From NCBI RefSeq assembly GCF_051307035.1, contig NZ_CP195536.1, forward strand, positions 2,400,001-2,432,000: 32,000 nt of DNA, in the 5' to 3' direction. This DNA comes from Psychrobacter sp. DM4. GTDB taxonomy: Bacteria > Pseudomonadota > Gammaproteobacteria > Pseudomonadales > Moraxellaceae. Below the pieces are notes generated by a model. That model did not search any database and was not told the DNA's origin. It saw only the letters and a program-made list of their open reading frames with translations. Made by a program: the position numbers and the translations under genes. Within the stretch, counting starts at the first letter, position 1, and every line of letters begins with the position of its first letter. Positions 17,909 to 25,768 of this stretch are shown piece after piece.

Positions 17909-18016
17909 ATAAGTTATCAAATAAATGAGATATCCTAACTTGACGCCTGCCTAATAGCAAGATTGGCACTCATCGACACGCTATTGTTTCGATCAAATGG
18001 GTGTAAAAGGCAAAAC

Positions 18017-19816
18017 CTATTCTAAGCCTTCCATCTTACGCAGCTCTTTGCGTAGGATTTTACCCACGTTTGATTTGGGCAACTCATCAACGAACTGAAT
18101 GTGACGCGGACGCTTATAACCAGTCAGATTCTTTTTACCATAATCAAGTAACTCTTGCTCTGTGACCTCGCCTTTTTTGACCACAAACAGCTTAGGATCT
18201 TCGCCGCGCTCATCGCTTGGCACACCTATAGCCCCGCACTCATTGACCGCTGGGTGCTCGCTCATCACCGCTTCTATCTCATTGGGATAAACATTAAAGC
18301 CTGACACAATGATCATATCTTTTTTGCGATCGACAATTTTGATAAAGCCTTTTTCGTCCATGATACCGATATCACCTGTCTTGAGATAACCACTAGCAGT
18401 AAACGTCTTTGCCGTCTCATCAGGACGGTTTTGATAACCAATCATCACCTGCGGGCCTTTGACACATATCTCACCGCGCTCACCGATAGCGACCTCGTTC
18501 TCATCATCATCGATGAGCACAATGTCAGTGCTAGACGCTGGAATACCGATTTTGCCTGTGAATTCAGCGATGGTCATTGGGTTAAATGCAACCACTGGGG
18601 ATGTCTCTGATAGACCATAGCCCTCTACAATCGGCAAACCTGTAATGTTGTGCCACTCTTTAGCGACGCTTGGCAGGACTGACATACCGCCGCCGATAGA
18701 CGCTTTTAAGTTAGAGAAATCCAATTCGGCAAAACGCTCATTATTGACAAGACCGTTGAACAAAGTATTGACCGCAGGGATAAAGGTAGGCTTATATTTA
18801 CCCATCTCTTTAATTAAACCATCTAGATCACGTGGATTGGGAATGAGGAGACCGGCGTAACCTTGATACATACCGTACATGCCGCATACCATAAATGAGA
18901 AGACATGATAAAGCGGTAGCGCAGTTAAAATCACATCATTGCTACTAGCATCATCTTCAAAGGCACTATTGATCAGCACACTAATCTGAAGCATATTAGC
19001 GACCAGATTACCATGTGAGAGCATCGCCCCTTTAGCAACGCCAGTAGTACCGCCTGTGTACTGCAATAAAGCCACGTCACTTAGATTAAGATTAGGACGC
19101 TTGTATTTGCTCGCAGAAACTGAATTTAGAGCCTCTTTAAAACCTATGCTACCTGGCAAGCTATAAGAGGGAATCATTTTTTTAATATGACGGGCAACTA
19201 AATTGACGACGACTCCTTTTATAGATCCGAGCATATCGCCAATTTTGCAAATGACCACGTGTTTTATTTGACCTTTGTCTTCGGCTTCTTGATACGTTTT
19301 TGCAAAATTCTCAACGATAAATATCGCTTTAGCGCCGCTGTCATGCAACTGATGTGACAGCTCTCGACTGGTATAGAGCGGATTGATATTGACCAGTACC
19401 ATACCTGCGCGAATGATACCGAGCGCAACGATAGGATATTGCAAAATATTAGGCATCATAACGCCGACTTTATCGCCTTTGACTAAGCCTAGTGATTGAA
19501 GATAACTTGCAATCTGGCGACTATAGATGTCGAGCTGCTTAAAGGTAATTGAGGCGCCCATACAGATATAAGCAGGTTTTTGCCCGTAGCGGCGAAAGTT
19601 ACGCTCGAATACATCAATTAAAGAGGTATCATCCTCTGGCATATCGATCGTCGCATCGATACCATAGCGCTCATAAGCGCTCAGCCAAGGTCTGTCACTA
19701 GGTATCGTTGGCATAGTAGGAAACTCAGTTGTCTTTGATTTTGACGGCGTGTTTTTGCTTGTTTTGTCATCTGTTGGCTTATAGTCAGTGTTTTGATTAT
19801 CAGTATTGTTTGTCAT
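18017..19816 (-). CDS. fadD: long-chain-fatty-acid--CoA ligase (paralog 1) with a T/K/N-rich N-terminal extension
   Basis: The ORF is 599 aa. The AMP-binding motif is LQYTGGTTGVAKGAMLSH. GYGLSETSP, YLKTGDIG and the C-terminal PKSNVGKILRKELR are also present. AGGAA RBS lies 7 nt upstream of the ATG at 19816. Confidence 0.9.
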   Translation of the reverse strand: MTNNTDNQNTDYKPTDDKTSKNTPSKSKTTEFPTMPTIPSDRPWLSAYERYGIDATIDMPEDDTSLIDVFERNFRRYGQKPAYICMGASITFKQLDIYSRQIASYLQSLGLVKGDKVGVMMPNILQYPIVALGIIRAGMVLVNINPLYTSRELSHQLHDSGAKAIFIVENFAKTYQEAEDKGQIKHVVICKIGDMLGSIKGVVVNLVARHIKKMIPSYSLPGSIGFKEALNSVSASKYKRPNLNLSDVALLQYTGGTTGVAKGAMLSHGNLVANMLQISVLINSAFEDDASSNDVILTALPLYHVFSFMVCGMYGMYQGYAGLLIPNPRDLDGLIKEMGKYKPTFIPAVNTLFNGLVNNERFAELDFSNLKASIGGGMSVLPSVAKEWHNITGLPIVEGYGLSETSPVVAFNPMTIAEFTGKIGIPASSTDIVLIDDDENEVAIGERGEICVKGPQVMIGYQNRPDETAKTFTASGYLKTGDIGIMDEKGFIKIVDRKKDMIIVSGFNVYPNEIEAVMSEHPAVNECGAIGVPSDERGEDPKLFVVKKGEVTEQELLDYGKKNLTGYKRPRHIQFVDELPKSNVGKILRKELRKMEGLE

Positions 19817-19865
19817 AATAATTCCTAATCAATAATACTTCAGTGGCGCAATAGACCCAAGATTA

Positions 19866-20145
19866 GGGCGTGTTGAACATTCACAAATGCGCACTGCTGA
19901 TAGCTAAAATAGTTCTAGTCTAAGTGAAAATTGCAGGTAATGCTCATTGCATTGGCTAGATTTTCACAACGACTAGGGCGATTTTAGCATCAGCCCCTTT
20001 TTTATGAACAGCTGGGGACAGGACTCTTTTTTGCCGCTTTATTGATAAAAACAGACGCTTAGAATGACTAAACTTACAATATTTATCTGCAAATCGTCTA
20101 AAAAACAGTCTCTGTCAGTGCCAAGGTCGAATGTTCAACACGCCC
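19866..20145. mobile_element. MITE-like non-autonomous element bounded by terminal inverted repeats
   Basis: GGGCGTGTTGAACATTC at 19866-19882 is the exact reverse complement of GAATGTTCAACACGCCC at 20129-20145 (17/17). Weaker similarity continues inward, with GCACTG in both arms. The element is 280 bp, has no ORF, and contains internal hairpins (CTAGTC..GTGAAAAT / ATTTTCAC..GACTAG). Confidence 0.5.
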
Positions 20146-20221
20146 CAAAGGAGTCAAGTAATGACAGGAACTATAGCAGTTTTGGGATAAATTCTCTATG
20201 TATGTCCTTTGTCTAAGTCCA

Positions 20222-20254
20222 CAAAAAAGACCGGGTCACTATAGCGACCCAGCC
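20222..20254 (-). terminator. rho-independent terminator of the upstream fadD paralog
   Basis: The minus-strand RNA GGCUGGGUCGC-UAUA-GUGACCCGGUC forms an 11-bp stem. Three of the pairs are G-U, so the structure is strand-specific. UUUUUU follows directly. Confidence 0.75.
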
Positions 20255-20330
20255 TTTTTGTTATTTGACAACTAATTGTTTGATTGCTAGTTGTTTAATG
20301 ACCAGTTACTTGACTACTGTCAAACTGGCT

Positions 20331-22058
20331 TTAAGCGTTTTTCTTCGCTTCAAGCTCACGCAAGTCTTTGTGCAAGATTTTGCCGACGTTAGTCTTAGGG
20401 AGCTCATCGATAAACTCAACATAGCGAGGACGCTTATATCCCGTTAGGTTTTCTTGACTATAAGCTAAGACCTCTTCTTTTGTTAAGCTATCATCTTGGC
20501 GAACCACATAAATCTTTGGTACTTCGCCGCTTTCGCCGTTGTCGATACCAATAACGCCGCACTCAACGATCTTAGGATGTGCTGACATCACCTCTTCAAC
20601 TTCAGTAGGATAGACGTTAAAGCCTGATACCAATATCATATTCTTTTTGCGATCGACGATAGTAACGTAACCATCATCACCCATGATACCGATATCACCT
20701 GTCAAAAAGTAACCATCTGAAGTCATCACTTCAGCAGTCGCTTCCGCACGCTGCCAGTAGCCTTTCATGACTTGCGGACCGCGCACACCAATCTCACCGC
20801 GCTCACCGATAGCAACCTCTTTGCCGTCATCATCGATGATTGCAATCTCAGTACCTGGCATAGGCAGACCAATAGTACCGCTGAACGTCTTACTGTTGAT
20901 AGGATTAGCTGTCGCGACTGGAGAGGTCTCAGACAAGCCATAACCTTGTAAGATGATATTACCTGTCACTTGACGCCATTTTTCGGCCGTTGGGCTAAGT
21001 ACCGCCATGCCGCCGCCCATAGAGACGATCAGCTTGCTATGGTCCATAGCTTTGAACTCTTCGTTATTAGCGAGAGCATTAAATAACGTATTGACCGCAG
21101 GGAAAAATGAAGGTGGATTGGCTTTATAGGCTTTCATCAGGCTGTCCAAATCACGTGGATTAGGCACTAATAAGCCGATACAACCGCGATAAAGACCGAA
21201 CATACCGCATACGGTAAAGGAGAAGATATGATAAAGCGGTAGAGCGGTCATAATAACAGGCTGCTCCCCTCTTTTTTCGAAGTCATCAAAAGCGCTACCC
21301 AAAAAGGTATTGCTTTGGATTAAGTTAGCGACTAGGTTTTTGTGCGTGAGCATCGCGCCTTTGGCAACCCCAGTCGTACCACCTGTATATTGCAGTACAG
21401 CGACGTCGCTGAGCTTAATATCATCTGGGCGCTTGTATTTGCGCGCAGGGCTCTTTTTTAACATATTTTTAAAGCTGATGCTTCTGGCAATATTGTATTC
21501 AGGTACCATTTTTTTGACATGACGCACGACCGTATTGACCATAAGGCCTTTGAGAGTGCCCATCATATCGCCCATGCCCGTGATAACCACGTTGTCAACG
21601 ACATCTCGGCCGATGTCTTGATAGGTCTTGGCAAAGTTCTCAACCATGATAAGCGCTTTGGCGTCAGAATCAGTCAGTTGATGCTCAAGCTCTTTGGTCG
21701 TGTACAAAGGATTGACGTTCACAAGGGTCAAGCCTGCGCGCAGTACGCCGATGACAGAAACTGGTAGTTGCAGGATGTTTGGCATCATTACCGCAACTTT
21801 ATCGCCTTTACTCAGGCCTAGTGACTGTAAGTAGACGGCGACCTGCTTGCTACGTTCATCAACTTCTTTGAAGGTAATTGATGATCCCATGCAAATAAAA
21901 GCCGTTCTATTACTAAAATCAGCAAAGCTTTTTTCTAAAATATCGACGAGCGAGCTACTCTCTGGTGGCAAGTTGATGTCATAAGTCAATCCAAGGTCTT
22001 CATATGTCTTTAGCCAAACGGGGTTATTATTACGAGTCAATTGTGCTTGATTGTCCAT
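20331..22058 (-). CDS. fadD: long-chain-fatty-acid--CoA ligase (paralog 2)
   Basis: The same motif set as paralog 1 is present (LQYTGGTTGVAKGAMLTH, GYGLSETSP, PKTNVGKILHKDLR). I place the start at the ATG at 22058 (MDNQAQL...), which has AGGAG 8 nt upstream. The track start at 22118 adds 20 unsupported codons. Confidence 0.9.
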   Translation of the reverse strand: MDNQAQLTRNNNPVWLKTYEDLGLTYDINLPPESSSLVDILEKSFADFSNRTAFICMGSSITFKEVDERSKQVAVYLQSLGLSKGDKVAVMMPNILQLPVSVIGVLRAGLTLVNVNPLYTTKELEHQLTDSDAKALIMVENFAKTYQDIGRDVVDNVVITGMGDMMGTLKGLMVNTVVRHVKKMVPEYNIARSISFKNMLKKSPARKYKRPDDIKLSDVAVLQYTGGTTGVAKGAMLTHKNLVANLIQSNTFLGSAFDDFEKRGEQPVIMTALPLYHIFSFTVCGMFGLYRGCIGLLVPNPRDLDSLMKAYKANPPSFFPAVNTLFNALANNEEFKAMDHSKLIVSMGGGMAVLSPTAEKWRQVTGNIILQGYGLSETSPVATANPINSKTFSGTIGLPMPGTEIAIIDDDGKEVAIGERGEIGVRGPQVMKGYWQRAEATAEVMTSDGYFLTGDIGIMGDDGYVTIVDRKKNMILVSGFNVYPTEVEEVMSAHPKIVECGVIGIDNGESGEVPKIYVVRQDDSLTKEEVLAYSQENLTGYKRPRYVEFIDELPKTNVGKILHKDLRELEAKKNA

Positions 22059-22670
22059 AATCTTGTTACTCCTAGTAGAATGTATGTTGACTAACCTATG
22101 ATAATATAAATGCAGCAAAAAAACGCTAATGAACCCTTAAGGCAAGCGATTTAATGACTTTCATATGTAACGATAAGTAAAAAAATTGGTGTGAAATAGC
22201 GCTTCTTTACCCTATTATTATTTAACATACACACTTTACATAAACTACTCAACACAAAAAATAAGTGTGCCAGTACGCAAAAGTTGCTTTATATTAAAAT
22301 ATATATCAAAATCATATACTTATAATCATTATGTTATGAATTTCTAACTCAGGCCTACTACACTTTTGTTTACACGGAATATAGTATTTACTTTATCAAA
22401 TCAATGAGTGTCGCTCATTCTAGCGCGTTCAAACAAATGAGCTTAAATATACAATCTTGTATGCTTTGTTTGATTGTTATTCAATAAACCAAACAGACAG
22501 AATAACGTATGAACTAGCACCCCTATAAACCTCAAAAACAAGCGTCATTACCTGTCGTATAGTGTGCTATACGTCTGTCTAATTTCCTCAATTTCCTTTA
22601 GGATAGGGTATCTTTTTATCTTAGACTCTTCATATTTTATTATAATACAATTAAAAGCGAACCTTACTTT

Positions 22671-24971
22671 ATGTCCGATGTTATTGATCATACAAATACT
22701 CCTATCGTACCGAGCGAGCCGATGGATAGTCGCTCTGTTGCTGAATTCACCGAACAAGCCTATCTCAACTATGCCATGTACGTCATCATGGATCGCGCGC
22801 TGCCAAATATCGCCGATGGTCTAAAACCCGTCCAGCGCCGTATCGTCTATGCCATGAGCGAGCTAGGACTAAAATCGACGGCGAAGGCGAAAAAGTCTGC
22901 GCGTACCGTCGGTGATGTGCTGGGTAAATATCACCCGCATGGTGATAGCGCCTGTTATGAAGCCATGGTACTGATGGCACAGCCGTTTAGTTATCGCTAT
23001 CCGCTGATCACTGGTCAAGGTAACTGGGGTAGCCCTGATGATCCCAAGTCCTTTGCCGCGATGCGTTATACCGAAGCTAAAATGTCTGCTTATGCCAATA
23101 CTTTGCTTGCAGAACTCGGACAAGGCACGGTCGATTGGCAAGATAACTTCGATGGCACCATGCAAGAGCCAACCACTCTGCCTGCCCGCCTGCCGAATAT
23201 TTTATTAAACGGCACGACTGGTATTGCCGTCGGTATGGCAACCGATATCCCGCCGCATAACCTAAATGAAGTGGTACGCGCGGCTATTCGTTTGCTAAAA
23301 AATCCTGAGCTATCGGTTAAGCAATTAACCCAATCAATACCAGCACCTGATTTGCCAACGCCAGCTGAAATTATTACCAGTAAAAAAGACTTGCAGGCGA
23401 TGTATGAAAGCGGTCGCGGCAGCTATAAAATGCGCGCCACCTACCATGTTTATCCCAAAGAGAAAAACCTCGTCATCATCGATGCTCTGCCCTATCAAGT
23501 CTCAGGCAACAAGATTCAAGAGCAAATCGCCAAACTCATGACGGACAAGAAACTGCCTTGGATCGTCGATATTCATGACGAGTCGGATCACGAAAACGCT
23601 TGCCGTATCGTCTTAGAGCTAAAATCTACCCGCGTCGATGTGCAGCGGGTGATGAGTCATTTGTTCGCCAGTACTGATCTTGAAAGTAATTACCGCGTCA
23701 ATATGAATATGATCGGTCTAAATGGTAAGCCACAAGTCAAAAACCTCAAAGAAATCCTTGAAGAATGGCTCGTCTGTCGCCGCTCAGTGGTCACGCGCCG
23801 CGTACAGTTCCGCCTCGACAAGATCGATAAGCGCTTACATATTTTGGCAGGTTTACTTATTGCTTATTTGCACATTGATGAAGTCATACGCATCATCCGT
23901 GAAGAGGACGATCCCAAAGCGACGTTGATGCAGAACTATGATCTGACGGACATTCAAGCCAATGCCATCTTGGACATTCGCCTGCGTCAACTCGCCAAGC
24001 TTGAGGAGATTGAGCTACGTAGTGAACAAGACGCGCTAGCCGCTGAGCGTGCTGTTTTGCAAGAGTATCTCGATAATCCTGACAGCTTAACGGCGCTTAT
24101 CATCGATGAGCTCACCGCTGATATGAAGGAGCACGGCAACGAGCGTATGTCGCCGCTGATGGAGCGCGATGAAGCACAAGCGCTCAAAGAGTCTGACCTT
24201 ATCCCCAGTGAGCCGATTACCGCGATACTATCGAAAGCGGGCTGGATACGCGCGGCCAAAGGTCATGAGGTCGATGCCAAGGGGATGACCTACCGCTCAG
24301 GCGATGGCTATCAAGCCGACGTGCGCGGTAAATCTAATGAGAAAATCTACGTCCTCGACAGTACAGGGCGCAGCTATAGTATTGACGCACATAACCTAGC
24401 CTCTGCCCGAGGTCAAGGCGATCCACTCACTAGCGTACTCAAACCACAAGCAGGTGCCAGCTTTGAGCAACTGCTCACGGGTAATGATGACCAACGTATT
24501 ATCCTCGCCAGCTCAAAAGGTTACGGTTTTATCAATACCATTGGCAATCTTGATAGCAACCAAAAAGCGGGCAAGAATATTATCAACCTTGCCGCTGATA
24601 GCACCCTATTGCCTGTCGCGCGTATTGACGCCCCCATAGGTAGCACAAGCGGTGAAGAAGGCAGTACGGTAAGAGCCGCGCCTGACCATATCGCCGTCGT
24701 CACCAACGCTGGATACTTATTGATATTTGCCCTCGATGATCTGCCGCAGCAGGCCCGCGGTAAAGGCAATAAGATGATTACGTTGAAAAGTGATGAAGAG
24801 GTGCTAGCTATTACGCCACTGAGCAAGCAAGACAGCTTGATTATTACTGCTGGTAAGCGTCATGTGACCCTAAAACCGATGGATTTAGCGAACTATACGG
24901 GCACGCGTGGTAATCGCGGTGGTCAGTTGCCGAGGGGTTTTCAGAATGTGAGTTCGGTTGAGGTTGGTTAG
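22671..24971 (+). CDS. parC: DNA topoisomerase IV subunit A
   Basis: The ORF is 766 aa. The N-terminus [42 protein letters not shown] follows the ParC rather than the GyrA pattern. The active-site motif AAMRYTE is present, as is the QRDR-like segment [13 protein letters not shown]. Confidence 0.93.
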   Translation: MSDVIDHTNTPIVPSEPMDSRSVAEFTEQAYLNYAMYVIMDRALPNIADGLKPVQRRIVYAMSELGLKSTAKAKKSARTVGDVLGKYHPHGDSACYEAMVLMAQPFSYRYPLITGQGNWGSPDDPKSFAAMRYTEAKMSAYANTLLAELGQGTVDWQDNFDGTMQEPTTLPARLPNILLNGTTGIAVGMATDIPPHNLNEVVRAAIRLLKNPELSVKQLTQSIPAPDLPTPAEIITSKKDLQAMYESGRGSYKMRATYHVYPKEKNLVIIDALPYQVSGNKIQEQIAKLMTDKKLPWIVDIHDESDHENACRIVLELKSTRVDVQRVMSHLFASTDLESNYRVNMNMIGLNGKPQVKNLKEILEEWLVCRRSVVTRRVQFRLDKIDKRLHILAGLLIAYLHIDEVIRIIREEDDPKATLMQNYDLTDIQANAILDIRLRQLAKLEEIELRSEQDALAAERAVLQEYLDNPDSLTALIIDELTADMKEHGNERMSPLMERDEAQALKESDLIPSEPITAILSKAGWIRAAKGHEVDAKGMTYRSGDGYQADVRGKSNEKIYVLDSTGRSYSIDAHNLASARGQGDPLTSVLKPQAGASFEQLLTGNDDQRIILASSKGYGFINTIGNLDSNQKAGKNIINLAADSTLLPVARIDAPIGSTSGEEGSTVRAAPDHIAVVTNAGYLLIFALDDLPQQARGKGNKMITLKSDEEVLAITPLSKQDSLIITAGKRHVTLKPMDLANYTGTRGNRGGQLPRGFQNVSSVEVG

Positions 24972-25042
24972 TCTGGGGTTTATTTATTTAAGTTTTATAA
25001 AGCTAGGCTAAAAGTCCAGCCTACGCTTACTGGGAGAATATT

Positions 25043-25402
25043 ATGAGTGAACAACATGTTTTTATTTATATCAAAGACCAAGAACATATTTTAACTGACG
25101 AACAAAAAGAAGAAGCATTTTCACTTTTTGACGAAAATATTATCGAATGTGAACATGAACCCTATTTTGATGCAGTTGAAAATCTACAACTGACGCATTC
25201 AGACATTATTATTACTAGCCCGTTCATGATGACCGCTGGGGACTTTGTAGCGACTAATAAATTTTGGCAATTAGATGACAATGAAGATGAAGAGTTTGAA
25301 AGCGACATTAATGAAACCATCTCCATTCGTTCAGAAATATTAAAAGAATTAGAGGATATATTGGCTACTAAGATTGCGGTTGTTTGGGAGCATCGAGATT
25401 AG
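25043..25402 (+). CDS. hypothetical acidic protein (orphan, AT-rich)
   Basis: The ORF is 119 aa with a GGGAGA RBS 7 nt upstream. It is very D/E-rich and I recognise no family. It is clearly more AT-rich than the flanking parC gene; this is judged by eye and not computed. Confidence 0.6.
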   Translation: MSEQHVFIYIKDQEHILTDEQKEEAFSLFDENIIECEHEPYFDAVENLQLTHSDIIITSPFMMTAGDFVATNKFWQLDDNEDEEFESDINETISIRSEILKELEDILATKIAVVWEHRD

Positions 25403-25407
25403 TTTGC

Positions 25408-25517
25408 GTAGGGTGGGTTAGTTTTATCAAACTCTAGGAGAGAGTGCTCATAAAACGTAACCCACCATTTAATCTTGCTAGAATGCGGTGGGTTACGCTA
25501 TCGCTAACCCACCCTAC
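25408..25517. repeat. REP-like cluster: four copies of a GGTGGGTTA core arranged as nested palindromes
   Basis: The outer pair is GTAGGGTGGGTTAG (25408-25421) and CTAACCCACCCTAC (25504-25517), 14/14 complementary. The inner pair is CGTAACCCACC (25456-25466) and GGTGGGTTACG (25487-25497), 11/11 complementary. The orientation order of the core is + - + -. Confidence 0.7.
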
Positions 25518-25581
25518 ACAAAGCTTCGGTTTTTAATAAAAAAGAAAACTATAACCACGACCAATAGTCGCAAGAACATAA

Positions 25582-25733
25582 GCTTACCGCTAGCCCCGAC
25601 TGCATCGGTATCCTGCTGAGCTGAGCGAGTTGTGAGGGCTAGGTTTTGAGGTGGCTCGCAGAGCAGGAGACACCCCAAACCATAGCCCTCGCCTCGCGCA
25701 GATGAGTAGATACAAGAGGAAGGCGGGAGAAGC
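25582..25733. other. GC-rich, extensively self-complementary element (candidate structured RNA or second repeat type)
   Basis: All pairings below were read from the sequence. GCTT.CCGC (25582-25590) pairs with GCGG...AAGC (25723-25733). CCTGCT...GCGAG (25612-25629) pairs with CTCGC..AGCAGG (25655-25667). GAGGGCTAGGTTTTGAGG (25634-25651) pairs with CCCCAAACCATAGCCCTC (25673-25690). The strand and function are unknown. Confidence 0.35.
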
Positions 25734-25768
25734 TACTAAGGATAATTTCCACCGCCGAAAACCAACCT

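Noticed and set aside
22059-22118. 20-codon 5' extension of the upstream fadD paralog
   Set aside because: AGGAG sits at the correct distance from the ATG at 22058. The extra residues (MLHLYYHRLVNIHSTRSNKI) have no counterpart in the paralog.
22548-22824. Two overlapping 69/86-aa ORFs in the AT-rich parC upstream region
   Set aside because: Their translations are low-complexity and Ile/Leu/Phe/Ser-rich. One of them runs into the parC coding sequence in another frame. Neither has an RBS. They are consistent with random ORFs in AT-rich DNA.
25456-25497. Possible integron attC site (TAAC ... GTTA ends)
   Set aside because: The palindrome is only 42 bp, shorter than known attC sites. Its ends (ACGTAAC / GTTACGC) deviate from the RYYYAAC / GTTRRRY consensus. 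No integrase or attI context is present.
25660-25745. Several GGA motifs (CAGGAGA, GAGGAAGG, CGGGAGA, AAGGATA) suggesting an RsmY/Z-type CsrA-titrating sRNA
   Set aside because: No intrinsic terminator follows on the + strand. The motifs are not displayed in obvious hairpin loops. The region overlaps the 3' end of the hemerythrin-like gene.
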